A stretch of DNA of 64,000 nt, from positions 1,504,001-1,568,000 of the forward strand of contig OZ240219.1 of NCBI GenBank assembly GCA_965197645.1, given 5' to 3'. The stretch comes from Dehalococcoidia bacterium. GTDB taxonomy: Bacteria; Chloroflexota; Dehalococcoidia; Plut-88900. The notes beneath the pieces were generated by a model. The model was not told the DNA's origin. It worked only from the letters and a program-made list of their open reading frames with translations, and did not search any database. Position 1 is the stretch's first letter; each line of letters opens with the position of its first letter. Position numbers and translations under genes: made by a program. Shown piece by piece: positions 47,727 through 57,814 of this stretch.

Positions 47727-47810
47727 ATGGCCTTCTTCTGCGGATCTATACCGCTAATGAGTGATACCGCGCTTCGGAAGTGATAAGACGTCAGAGTCTT
47801 AGCTGATTGG

Positions 47811-48797
47811 TCAGCCGGGGACCCAGACCAGGCTGGATATCTCGCTGAACTCTCTCCACAGCTTCCTCCACGTGTCGCCCGAGTCATCGCTGCGATAGAG
47901 GTAGCCGTAGCGGCTGGCGGCGAACACCAGCGCAGGGTCAGAGGGCTGTACACTGACCGTCCACATGGCGGCGTTGGGCTGGACCGGCAACGAGAGGGCG
48001 GCCCAGGTAGCTCCACTATCCTGGGAGCGCATGACCGTACCTATCTGTCCCGGCGTGGTGTCTCCTATCGTGAGGAACACCGTCCTGGGATCGTTGGGGC
48101 ACACCTTGATGCTGCGAGGATAGCTCCAGGGGAAGGTCTCCTTGATGTGAAGAGAGCTCCAGGTCACCCCGTCATCGGTGCTGGAGTAGATGTCGTCACT
48201 GGCCACGACTAGAACGGTCTTGGGAGGGCCGGGAACGACGACAACGTTGTGTATATCGGGGTTTGGAATGCCCTCGTTGATGGAGTCCCAGGATTCGCCG
48301 CCATCCCTGCTTCGCCGGACGCCGTCCACCTCTATACCCATCCAAACGTTGGTCCGGTCAACTGGATCGATGGCTATGGCGGTAACCCGGGGGACCCCGA
48401 CCGCGTCACACTCGTCTACTACCTTCAGCGGACGCTGTCTCCAGGTAAGGCCGCCATCGGTAGAGCGAAACAAGAGCACAGGATTGGGGGTGCCCGTGCC
48501 GGCCATCATGAGTTGGGGGTCGTTGGGGTCGATGGCCAGGGACCATACGCACATTCCGCTGAGAGGAGACTCCACCGGCGCCCAGCTTCCCCCGGCATCG
48601 TCGCTGCGGAACAACCCTCCATCCATACCGGCAAATATCCTGTCCGGCTGGGCTGGGTGGCTTGCCATGGTACGGACCACGGCGCCGTTGCGAATACCGT
48701 CGCCCACCCCGACGACATCCCAGGTCTCGCCGTCGTCGGTGCTGCGGAGGACTCCCTGCCCTACTGTGCCTACGAGTATGGTCATCTTCGGCGACAT
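47811..48797 (-). CDS. BNR/Asp-box beta-propeller protein without signal peptide
   Basis: About seven RSxDxGxTW repeats. Confidence 0.85.
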   Translation of the reverse strand: MSPKMTILVGTVGQGVLRSTDDGETWDVVGVGDGIRNGAVVRTMASHPAQPDRIFAGMDGGLFRSDDAGGSWAPVESPLSGMCVWSLAIDPNDPQLMMAGTGTPNPVLLFRSTDGGLTWRQRPLKVVDECDAVGVPRVTAIAIDPVDRTNVWMGIEVDGVRRSRDGGESWDSINEGIPNPDIHNVVVVPGPPKTVLVVASDDIYSSTDDGVTWSSLHIKETFPWSYPRSIKVCPNDPRTVFLTIGDTTPGQIGTVMRSQDSGATWAALSLPVQPNAAMWTVSVQPSDPALVFAASRYGYLYRSDDSGDTWRKLWREFSEISSLVWVPG

Positions 48798-48929
48798 ACC
48801 TGCACCTCCTCTTCCATTCTTCTCAGTCTATCGCCAAAAAAGGGCGTCAAAGGCGGAAGATGGTTCGGGTACCACAGCCGATAGCGGCCCCTGGCACGCT
48901 GCGGAACACCCCGGTCCGGGGAAATCGGT

Positions 48930-50093
48930 TTACGAGCTGAGGTTATACAGCCGTACGGCGTTTTCCCCGAGAATCTTCTTCTGGTCCGCTTCGGACAGAG
49001 AGCTCATGGTTTCCTTGAGCTCGGCCAGCGGTTCCTCGTGTCCTTCGGAGTGGGGATAATCGGACCCCCAGACCAGCTTATCGGCCCCGATCATCTGGGC
49101 GGTAAAGGCGAAGGCTTTCTCGTCCGGCTCGCCCGATATCCAGCATTGCCGCTGGAAGTAGTCAGTGGGAAGCAGCTCCGCCGACGGGTCGTCCCTCATC
49201 GCAGCGTCCATGGCGTCCAGCCAGGCCGGCATCCAGCCGCAGTGCGCCTCGACTACTCCGAGCTTTAGACGTGGAAACCGATCTAAGACCTTCCCTTGAA
49301 GAAACGTGGTGAATGCCAGCTGGCAGTCCAGCTTTTGCATCAGGGAGTACCACCACCCGTTGTGGGTGAAGCTTGCCGAGTACAGATCGTGTCCCACGAA
49401 CTTGGGGGTGCTGCTGACGTGGATGCCGATGGGTATGTCCATCTCTTCCACCACAGCCCAGAACGGATCGTAGTAGGTCTCCCCGTAGGGGATGCCGTTG
49501 ACGGGAGGGTTGGGGAACATGTATACCCCCTTCGCTCCCCGTTTCACAGCCCGCTGGATCTCTTCTACCCCGTTCTCCACCTTCGCCAACGATATCATGG
49601 CGATGGGAATCAGCCGGTCGGGGTAAGGGCGGCCGAAGTCGGTGATCCAGTCGTTGTACACCTGACAGTAAGCGTTGGCCAGGTCGGGGTCGGGGCATTC
49701 AGTCTGCCAGTTGAGGCCCAGGGAGGGGTAGAGGAACGCCATGTCTATCCCCTGCCCGTCCATCCATTTGATCCGGGCGTGAGGGTCCTTGGCGCCGGGG
49801 GTCCTGCAGGCTTCCCAGTTCAGAAGCTCCGGCCTGCCCTCTTGCTTCGCTCTCCAGGCTACGGCCTCATCCAATGTTCCCAGAGCTCCCAACGCTCCGT
49901 TCAACACCTTGGACGGACTTCCGGCTATCTCCAGGTAGTCGAGGCCATCCTCTCCCGTCACCACCTGCATAGCCTTGTCTCTATATTGGGGCTCCAGGTT
50001 TTCCGTCCACAGGTCTCCGGGTTCCATGATGTGGCCATCGGCGTCCGCTACTACGGTCTTCACCCTGGTGTCCGCTCGCTCTTTGATGGTCAT
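48930..50093 (-). CDS. Amidohydrolase-2 family protein
   Basis: DADGHIMEP, YNDW, E..CGW, WGSDYPH; start after AAGGAGGG. Confidence 0.9.
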   Translation of the reverse strand: MTIKERADTRVKTVVADADGHIMEPGDLWTENLEPQYRDKAMQVVTGEDGLDYLEIAGSPSKVLNGALGALGTLDEAVAWRAKQEGRPELLNWEACRTPGAKDPHARIKWMDGQGIDMAFLYPSLGLNWQTECPDPDLANAYCQVYNDWITDFGRPYPDRLIPIAMISLAKVENGVEEIQRAVKRGAKGVYMFPNPPVNGIPYGETYYDPFWAVVEEMDIPIGIHVSSTPKFVGHDLYSASFTHNGWWYSLMQKLDCQLAFTTFLQGKVLDRFPRLKLGVVEAHCGWMPAWLDAMDAAMRDDPSAELLPTDYFQRQCWISGEPDEKAFAFTAQMIGADKLVWGSDYPHSEGHEEPLAELKETMSSLSEADQKKILGENAVRLYNLSS

Positions 50094-50305
50094 GGCTTGC
50101 CCCTCCTTACTCATGCGATACAAAGCCGTCTCGTGGTCTTGCGATGCTAGCACGGATAGTCAGCGGCTTGCAAGAAAAGCTATGGGGGACGGCGAATACT
50201 CGACAGCCGTGATGTACCGTGGTTCGCTGACTGCTGACAAAGCGAACGCCAATGTGATAACTTTGAAGCAGCTCAAGGGTGACACGCTAGAGAGGGAGGA
50301 CAGCT

Positions 50306-51481
50306 ATGGCAGAGAAGATACACGTGGAAACGACAACCGTCGATGCGGACGGGCACATCATGGAGCCGCCGGACCTCTGGGAGAAGTACCTGGAGCCGGA
50401 GTACAAGGACCGGGCTATACGATTCAAGAAGGATGAGAACGGGCTGGAGTACCTGGAGGTGGCCGGTAAGAAGTCAGCGGCGATGCAGGGGGGAACGATA
50501 GGCACCCTGGGCGCCATCGGAGACCCGGACGTTGTGCAGCATTTCCTGACCGCCACCGAGGAGACCACCTTCGCCAACGCATCGCCCCCGGGAGGCTATG
50601 ACGGCAACGAGCGCCTCAAGGTGATGGACAAGGACGGGATAGACATGGCATTCATGTACCCGACCATAGGGATAGCCTGGGAGCAAGAGTGTCCCGACCC
50701 GGAGCTTGCTGCGGCCTACTGCAGGGCATACAACAACTGGCTGTTCGATTTCTGCAGCCCGGACCCCGACCGTCTGAAACCGGTTGCTCACATCTCTCTG
50801 CTGGACATGGACATGGCCATAACGGAGCTTGAGCGGGTCGCTGATAAGGGAGTTGGCGGAGTGTTCGTGTATGCCAGACCCCCATGGCTCTCCGAACGAC
50901 CCTTTGGACATAGGGACAACGATAGGTACTGGGAGGCCCTGCAGGACATGGACATAGCCGCAGGTATCCATCCCATCCTGGGCCCCAACTACGTCGGGGA
51001 CCATATGTACCAGGGAGAGGAAGTGAACCAGTTCAATTCCGTTTGGTGGAGCGACGTTCTGTTCAGTCTGGACGTCCAGATGGCGTTCACGAACTTCGTC
51101 TACGAGGGTGTGTTCGAGCGGTTCCCCCGACTGAAGACCCTGGTGTTGGAGACGGGCGCAGGCTGGATGCCCCACTGGCTGGACAGGATGGACCACCTGA
51201 CGGAGGTCTACAAGTACAGGTTTGCCGACAGGAGCTGCAGTCCCACCGAGTACTTCCAGCGACAGTGCTGGATTTCCATGGAGCCCGAAGACCACACGGC
51301 GACGTTCATAGCCGAGGAACTGGGAGCAGACAAGCTGTTCTGGGCCTCGGACTACCCTCACACCGATGCCTTCCCCGAGCCGGTCAAGGAGATAAGGGAG
51401 CACATCGGAGAGATGTCGGCGGCGGACCAGAAGAAGATTCTTGGTGAGAACGCCCTGAAGGTGTACAACGCCATGCCCTAA
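50306..51481 (+). CDS. Amidohydrolase-2 family protein
   Basis: DADGHIMEP, ETGAGW, WASDYPH. Confidence 0.9.
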   Translation: MAEKIHVETTTVDADGHIMEPPDLWEKYLEPEYKDRAIRFKKDENGLEYLEVAGKKSAAMQGGTIGTLGAIGDPDVVQHFLTATEETTFANASPPGGYDGNERLKVMDKDGIDMAFMYPTIGIAWEQECPDPELAAAYCRAYNNWLFDFCSPDPDRLKPVAHISLLDMDMAITELERVADKGVGGVFVYARPPWLSERPFGHRDNDRYWEALQDMDIAAGIHPILGPNYVGDHMYQGEEVNQFNSVWWSDVLFSLDVQMAFTNFVYEGVFERFPRLKTLVLETGAGWMPHWLDRMDHLTEVYKYRFADRSCSPTEYFQRQCWISMEPEDHTATFIAEELGADKLFWASDYPHTDAFPEPVKEIREHIGEMSAADQKKILGENALKVYNAMP

Positions 51482-51587
51482 GGGCGGCGTTACGGCTGAA
51501 GCACGTACCCACCCCAGTAGCGCAGTCGGTAGGGAAGGGGACTGAGTGGGAAGAAACCAGGGTATTGACCCTACCGGGGAGGCCGCG

Positions 51588-51713
51588 TTGCAATTTAAGG
51601 TACTGCTGATCGTCGGTCTGATTGTGCTCGTGGTGGCAGCGGTCGCCTGCTCGTCGAGCGCATCTGCGGCGACCGGTCGTTCGGCATCCGTAAACCTATC
51701 ACTTACCGACTAA
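51588..51713 (+). CDS. Possible 41-aa mini-lipoprotein or truncated lipoprotein remnant (absent from ORF track)
   Basis: GGAGG-N5-TTG; MQFKVLLIVGLIVLVVAAVA-CSSS... lipobox. Confidence 0.45.
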   Translation: MQFKVLLIVGLIVLVVAAVACSSSASAATGRSASVNLSLTD

Positions 51714-51788
51714 TGCCTAGGGCTTGAACCTGAGCTAAAGCCTATGTTCCGGGTGTCCGGTTCGTGCAGTTACTAGCAGGGAGGGTCT

Positions 51789-52184
51789 ATGAGCAATTTG
51801 CTTGTTGGTAGAGAGTTGAAAGTGGTCCACGGTACGGCTGAGCCCCACACCACGCCCCAAACTCCCGGCATGGTCCGAAAACCGGGGATCGATCGCAACA
51901 CCGCCGGCGCCAGTAAAATCTGGCTCGGCCACGTCACCTGTGAACCCAAGACCATGGGTCCTCCTCACACTCATGCCGACGCTGAAACCGCAGCATACGT
52001 CCTGAAGGGGCATATCCGGGTGTACTACGGCGATGAATACAAGGAGTACATAGAAGCAGGGCCTGGAGATTTTCTCTTTGTCCCGGCCCACTTCAACCAC
52101 ATCGAAGGCAACCCCTACGATGAGCCCGCTGAAGCGGTTTTGTCCCGAGGACCGGACAACATAGTCGTCAACCTGGATGAGTAG
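51789..52184 (+). CDS. Cupin-domain protein
   Basis: PHTHADAET, GDFLFVPAHFNH. Confidence 0.88.
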   Translation: MSNLLVGRELKVVHGTAEPHTTPQTPGMVRKPGIDRNTAGASKIWLGHVTCEPKTMGPPHTHADAETAAYVLKGHIRVYYGDEYKEYIEAGPGDFLFVPAHFNHIEGNPYDEPAEAVLSRGPDNIVVNLDE

Positions 52185-52317
52185 CGGAAATCGCCACGCG
52201 TTGGGCGGGTGTGTTTCGTCACATCATGCCGGCTATGTCCGGTTATGGGTTCGCTCGGCATCACCATCTCCCGTTGACAGGCTAGCTCGTCCGGTCTAGC
52301 GGGTTGGGCCGTTGTGC

Positions 52318-53070
52318 CTATGCCAAGGCCCCGCCGTCCACCAGCACCCCCTGGCCCGTTATGAATGACGACGACTCGGAGCAGAGCCAGATCACTGTCT
52401 GGGCCACGTCCTCCGGCCTGCCCAGCCTTCGCAGAGGATGAGCCTGGATCTGATTCTCCTCATTGCCTGCCAGGGCCCTATCGTACATGGGCGTTAGGGT
52501 CGTGCTGGGGCAAACGGCGTTGACCCGTATCCCCTTGGGGCCGTACTCGATGGCCGTCGACTTGGTCAGGCCCAGTACCCCGTGTTTGCTGGCCGTGTAT
52601 ATGGTCCAGTCTTCGCCACCTATGTGCCCGGAAGTGGACGAGGTGTTGACTATCGCTCCGCCGCCGCCTCGCTCCATCATGTGAATGACCTCGTGCTTTA
52701 TGCACAGCCATACACCCTTCAGGTTGATGTCTATCACCCTGTCCCACATCTCCTCGGTGTACTCGTGGGCCGGTATCAGTTCCCCTTCGATGCCGGCGTT
52801 GTTGAACGCGAAGTCAAGCTGGCCGTAGGTCTCAACCGCCTTATCGACCATCGTCCGCACCTGGGCCTCGCTGGTAACGTCCGTCTCAACGAAGATAGCT
52901 TCGCCTCCTCCGTCCTCGATCATCCGGGCCGTCTCGCGGCCGCCGTCTACCAGGATGTCGGCAACCACGACTTTTGCTCCCTCCGCGGCGTAGGCCAGGC
53001 AAGCTGCCCTCCCGATACCGCCGCTGCCTCCGGTTACCAGGGCTACCTTTCCATCGAACTGTGCCGCCAT
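52318..53070 (-). CDS. SDR-family oxidoreductase
   Basis: TGGSGGIG, NNAG, YTASK; ATG after GAGGAGG. Confidence 0.92.
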   Translation of the reverse strand: MAAQFDGKVALVTGGSGGIGRAACLAYAAEGAKVVVADILVDGGRETARMIEDGGGEAIFVETDVTSEAQVRTMVDKAVETYGQLDFAFNNAGIEGELIPAHEYTEEMWDRVIDINLKGVWLCIKHEVIHMMERGGGGAIVNTSSTSGHIGGEDWTIYTASKHGVLGLTKSTAIEYGPKGIRVNAVCPSTTLTPMYDRALAGNEENQIQAHPLRRLGRPEDVAQTVIWLCSESSSFITGQGVLVDGGALA

Positions 53071-53181
53071 GTTTTCACCTCCTCGTAGATTACCCTCTGC
53101 GATAGCTAGACGGATGCAGAATAAACCCTTCCGACCATCCCCCTTCCTTGCCAGGAAGGGTAGGACCGAAAAGAGATGGTT

Positions 53182-53280
53182 TCTGAGGGGCACCCCTTTG
53201 CGGGCTCAGGGCAGGCTCTCAGACTCCCGGCCCCTATCAGCCAGTCCCGGAAAAAGAGCTTCGCCCCTCTGCACACCCCA
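53182..53280 (+). repeat. REP-like repeat, long (nested) form
   Basis: Same ends as the short form plus two internal inserts; similar to 63901-64000. Confidence 0.8.
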
Positions 53281-53592
53281 TGACGAGAACAAGACTTATC
53301 AGACCTCGCTTGGCTACCAGATTAGGGCTCGGGGCATGAGAACGCAAGCCATCCTGCTGGCCTGGACCACGAATGAGGGCAACAGTTTTCCCCATCACGT
53401 ATCCTGACCTCTTCCTGAGCGGCCGGCAGAATCGAGCATCACTGGTCAAGCCCCGAAGAGAGATGTATCCTTAGGCTTCTCCAAGGCATCACAGTTCGCT
53501 GGACGCAGCATCTATGGGGAGGCGTCCGTTCGGAGTTTAAGGAAGTCAGAAATCCGAGTCTAGGTGGCTAAAGTAGCCGGAAGGGGAGTGCT

Positions 53593-55335
53593 ATGGACTA
53601 CGACCTGCTCATAAAAGGCGGCACCATAGTCGATGGGACGAGAATCCCAGCATACAGAGGGGACGTGGGCATCCGCGGCGGCAGGATCGTCGCCATGGGA
53701 AGAGTCAGGGGAACGGCTGGGCGGGAGATAGACGCGGAGGGACTCATAGTCGCTCCGGGATTCATGGACCTCCACACCCACTACGATGCGGCGCTGGCCG
53801 GCTGGGACCCTTACGCTTCATTATCGGGGTGGCACGGGGTGACGACCGTGGCCATCGGCAACTGCGGCTTCGGTTTCGCCCCGGTTCGACCCGAGGACCG
53901 GGACCGCGCTATGCTCAGGATGGAGCGCACCGAGTCCATTCCGTTGTCCGTCATGCAAGCGGGGATGCGCTGGGACTGGGAAACCTTTCCCGAGTACCTG
54001 GACAGCCTGGAGGGTCATGGGATAGGGGTCAACGCCGCTTCGCTGATTCCCTACTCACCCCTGCGCGCCTATGTCATCGGCAATGAGGCGTCCCGGGACC
54101 CGGACTACGTGGTCAAACCGGAAGAGATGGAGCAGATGAAGAACCTGTTGAGAGAGGGCCTGGAGGCGGGAGGTTTCGGTTTCTCCGCCACCTTTAGTAT
54201 GGGCAACCGTGACTATGACGGCGGCTATCTGCCCACCCACGTCGTGCCCAGGGAAGAGTGGCTGGAGATGGCGGAGGTGTTGGGAAACTACAACCGCGGC
54301 TTCATCGAGTGGACGATGGGAGAGTCGTTGCGAGGCTTGGGCAAGGACTTCCTACTGGAGATGGCCCGGGTCAGCGGGAGACCCGTGAACTGGAACGCCA
54401 TTCAGTATGACCCCGGCGACCCCGACTACTATCGCAAGGACCTGGAATGGACCGAGAAGGCTTACCGAGAGGCCGTGGTGCTGCCCCTTTGCAGCTGTAT
54501 ACCCAACGACTTCGAGTTCACGATGGATACCATGGGACTCTTCGATCAGCTGCCCGCCTGGAACGAAGCCACCATCGGTACCGTCGAGGAGCGCAAAGCA
54601 AAGCTGGCTGATCCAGCCCGCCGCGCCGCATTGAGGGCCGATTCCGAGAATACCCAAAGGGTTGTGAGGGACGTAACCGATGGTGAAGCGGGCCAGATAT
54701 CTCAGTTCGACTGGGACTCCTTCTTCGTCGCCGAGACGGCCCTGGAGAAGAACCGGGAGCTGGTGGGACGGACCATAGCGGACATCGCCCGGGAGCTGAA
54801 CAAGCATCCCGCGGACGCCCTGCTGGACCTGTCCGTGGAAGAGGACCTGAAGACGGAGTTCAACGTGATCGATACCGCCGGTTCCGGCAGTGATGAGCAG
54901 GCCCTTGCGGAGATGCTGAGGCATCCGTTGACCTTATTGGGAATCTCCGACGGAGGAGCTCACACTAAGTTCATAGCCACCGGGGGAGGGTACAACACCT
55001 ACTTCCTGTCCCATTGGATCCGGGAAAAGCAGCTCATGTCCCTTGAAGAGGCCCACTGGCGGATGTCCACCATGTTGGGATGGGCGATGGGGATACGTGA
55101 CCGGGGCTGGCTCAGAGAGGGTACGCCGGCGGACATCGTCGTCTATGATCTGGACAAGCTCCAGCCAACGCCGATAGAGACCGTTCATGACCTGCCCGGC
55201 GGTGACTGGCGACGGGTGCAGAAGGCCGAGGGTTACCACTACACCATCGTGAACGGGGCCATCACTTTTGAGGGGCAAGAGTGTACAGGCGCCCTGCCCG
55301 GTAACGTGCTCCGCAGCTATGACATGGCCGTTTAA
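53593..55335 (+). CDS. N-acyl-D-amino-acid deacylase-family amidohydrolase
   Basis: APGFMDLHTHYD, GNCG, SDGGAH, DRGWL..G.PADIV. Confidence 0.9.
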   Translation: MDYDLLIKGGTIVDGTRIPAYRGDVGIRGGRIVAMGRVRGTAGREIDAEGLIVAPGFMDLHTHYDAALAGWDPYASLSGWHGVTTVAIGNCGFGFAPVRPEDRDRAMLRMERTESIPLSVMQAGMRWDWETFPEYLDSLEGHGIGVNAASLIPYSPLRAYVIGNEASRDPDYVVKPEEMEQMKNLLREGLEAGGFGFSATFSMGNRDYDGGYLPTHVVPREEWLEMAEVLGNYNRGFIEWTMGESLRGLGKDFLLEMARVSGRPVNWNAIQYDPGDPDYYRKDLEWTEKAYREAVVLPLCSCIPNDFEFTMDTMGLFDQLPAWNEATIGTVEERKAKLADPARRAALRADSENTQRVVRDVTDGEAGQISQFDWDSFFVAETALEKNRELVGRTIADIARELNKHPADALLDLSVEEDLKTEFNVIDTAGSGSDEQALAEMLRHPLTLLGISDGGAHTKFIATGGGYNTYFLSHWIREKQLMSLEEAHWRMSTMLGWAMGIRDRGWLREGTPADIVVYDLDKLQPTPIETVHDLPGGDWRRVQKAEGYHYTIVNGAITFEGQECTGALPGNVLRSYDMAV

Positions 55336-55543
55336 TGCAGGAGCCTTTCCGAACGCTCGAAGCCTAGTGTTGACTGATGGCGACTGGACGAGCCGGGAAG
55401 CACCCGGCGGTATGTCCTCTTGGAATACCGCAGCCGGGAGCTCGGTTAGGATAATATTCACCAGCGAGCCCCCATGCCCCTCGTCGCCAGTATGGGAGTG
55501 CAGGCCTGTTCGAGTTGACCATCTTTAGCAAAGGAGTGGGGAT

Positions 55544-56509
55544 ATGACCGTTGCTGACGGTTCGCGATCATTGAAGGTGGGGATCATGCTGCCCCAGACC
55601 GAAGGCCTCCGCGGGCCGGGGGTCAGAAGCTGGAAAGAGATCAACGAAATGGCCGTCGTTGCCGAACAGGTGGGGTTCGACTCCGTGTGGCTGGTCGATC
55701 ACCTACTCTACAAGCTGGACGGTGAAGACAAGGCGCGGGGGGTTTGGGAGGTATGGTCGCTGCTTTCAGCCATCGCTGCAACCACGTCCCGGGTCGAGCT
55801 GGGTACGCTGGTGCTGGCGATGGGTTGGCGCAACCCGGCGCTGCTCGCCAAAATGGCCGATACGGTCGAGGAGATCAGTGGTGGACGGCTGATTCTAGGA
55901 CTCGGCTCCGGCTACCATAGGTTTGAGTATGACGCCTTCGGGTTTCCCTACAGCTACAAGGTGAGCCGCTTCGAGGAGGCCATTCAAATAGTGCACAGCC
56001 TGCTTCGGGACGGCCAGGTCGACTTCGAGGGTAAGTACTACAGCGCCCGAGAATGCGAGCTGCTTCCCCGGGGACCCAGGGACGGCGGCCCTCCGATCCT
56101 CATCGGGTCGACCAGCCCCCGCATGATGGCGGCCATGGCGAAGTATGCCGACTGCTGGAACGCCTACTATGACGATACCCACAACCAAGTCGACGGCATC
56201 AGGCGACTGCGGCCCATTATCGATGCCGCCTGCAGAGAACAGGGGCGAGACCCGGCAACCCTCGAGCGTACCGTGACGGTCTTGATGGCCGATTCCACCG
56301 CCGATCCCTGGTGGGACCGCCTGCCCAGCGAGCAGACGGAGGGGCAAGCCCCCCTGGTGCCGCTTACCGGTCCCGCCGAGTCGATAGCGGAGGTGCTGCG
56401 CCAGTACGAGCAGGAGGGCATCGCTCACGTTCAGATCTGTCTCGACCCGACCACCAGCGACAACATCGAGAAGCTGGCCCCGATATTGGAGGCGCTGGAC
56501 GCGGGTTGA
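55544..56509 (+). CDS. LLM-class flavin/F420-dependent oxidoreductase
   Basis: GFDSVWLVDH, RNPALLAKMA.TV.EISGGRLILGLGSG. Confidence 0.9.
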   Translation: MTVADGSRSLKVGIMLPQTEGLRGPGVRSWKEINEMAVVAEQVGFDSVWLVDHLLYKLDGEDKARGVWEVWSLLSAIAATTSRVELGTLVLAMGWRNPALLAKMADTVEEISGGRLILGLGSGYHRFEYDAFGFPYSYKVSRFEEAIQIVHSLLRDGQVDFEGKYYSARECELLPRGPRDGGPPILIGSTSPRMMAAMAKYADCWNAYYDDTHNQVDGIRRLRPIIDAACREQGRDPATLERTVTVLMADSTADPWWDRLPSEQTEGQAPLVPLTGPAESIAEVLRQYEQEGIAHVQICLDPTTSDNIEKLAPILEALDAG

Positions 56510-56606
56510 ACCCACAGAAGCACTGCTACATAAGGTGGACTTTCGGGTAACGTAGCGGCGGACCTATGGGATTGCGTCGACGTCAATAGGAGGGCGGTAA
56601 GCGATC

Positions 56607-57692
56607 ATGAAAGCGGCCATCATTCACGAGCAAAAGACCCCAATCAAGGTGGAGGAGCTGGACCTGGATGGCCCCAAACCGGGTGAAGTGCGCGTCAAGC
56701 TGGCCGGCGCCGGCGCCTGTCACAGCGACTATCATCGGGTTGATGGACACTCCATCATCGACACCCTCCCCTACGTCCTAGGTCATGAGGGCGCCGGAGT
56801 GGTCAAGGAGGTGGGAGAGGGTGTGACCAGCGTCTCGCCCGGTGATCACGTGATATTCTCTCTGACCGCCCAGTGCGGACGGTGCCGCAACTGTACAGCC
56901 GGCAGGAGCAACCTGTGCGAGTGGCACGTTATGGGCTCGGGCAAAGCGGTTGACGGCACTCACCGCTTCAGCAAGGACGGCATCCCCTATTACGCCGACC
57001 TCGCCACCTTCTCCGAGGAGACGGTTGTCGCCGAGTCCTACCTGGTCAAGGTAAGGGAGGACATCCCCATCGATGTGGCCTGCCTCATCGGATGCGGGGT
57101 TATGACCGGGGTAGGGGCCGTGGTGAACCGGGCAAAGGTGGAGACCGGCAGCACGGTGGTCGTGATCGGTTGCGGTGGCGTCGGCCTGAACGTGGTGCAG
57201 GGAGCGACCCTGGCCAGCGCATCGAAGATCATCGCCGTGGACAAGGTGCCCTTCAAGCTGGAGATGGCCGAGAGCCTGGGGGCCACCCACTCCATCAACG
57301 CAGACCGGGAAGACCCGGTCTCCCGGGTAATGGATATCACCAAGGGAGGCGCCGACTACGCCTTCGAGGTGATAGGATTTCCCCAGACGACCCGTCAGGC
57401 ATTCGAGTGCGTCCGACCGGGCGGGACAGCCGTTATGGTCGGCGTGCCGCCAACCAACTCCGAGGTCACCATATCGGCAATGGACCTGTTCTCCGACAGG
57501 ACGCTGATGGGGACCTTCTACGGCGCTGGGAACCCCAGGGTCGACTTCCCCTGGCTGATCGATCTGTACATGGACGGCAGGCTGAAGCTGGATGAGCTGG
57601 TAACCAGGTTCCGGCCCCTTGAAGAAGTGAACCAGGCCTTCGATGACATGAGAGCGGGCGTAACGGCCCGGACGGTGTTCACCTTCGACTAG
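56607..57692 (+). CDS. Zn-dependent alcohol dehydrogenase (class III-like)
   Basis: CHSD, GHEG, CGRCRNC...C, GCGVMTG, GCGGVG. Confidence 0.92.
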   Translation: MKAAIIHEQKTPIKVEELDLDGPKPGEVRVKLAGAGACHSDYHRVDGHSIIDTLPYVLGHEGAGVVKEVGEGVTSVSPGDHVIFSLTAQCGRCRNCTAGRSNLCEWHVMGSGKAVDGTHRFSKDGIPYYADLATFSEETVVAESYLVKVREDIPIDVACLIGCGVMTGVGAVVNRAKVETGSTVVVIGCGGVGLNVVQGATLASASKIIAVDKVPFKLEMAESLGATHSINADREDPVSRVMDITKGGADYAFEVIGFPQTTRQAFECVRPGGTAVMVGVPPTNSEVTISAMDLFSDRTLMGTFYGAGNPRVDFPWLIDLYMDGRLKLDELVTRFRPLEEVNQAFDDMRAGVTARTVFTFD

Positions 57693-57814
57693 CCAATCAA
57701 TGTCTACTTCTTGATTGGACATGCTGGTTTTGGGATATAATAGCGCTCGAAGAAATGACCTGGTTCCCACACCGGCAACCAGAGATGCTAATCACCGAGT
57801 AGAGGGAGCAGTCC

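Noticed and set aside
53071-53193. ORF-track N-terminal extensions of the SDRs, LLM (45345) and PanE-like protein (62768)
   Set aside because: They run through promoter or repeat-adjacent DNA, and the family-typical N-termini begin at the downstream ATGs, most with a clear SD
55393-55445. Canonical FMN riboswitch
   Set aside because: Only CCGGCGGTA matches; the GGGGTGAAATTCCC and AAAGTC.GGATG elements are absent. Kept only as an unknown structured-RNA candidate
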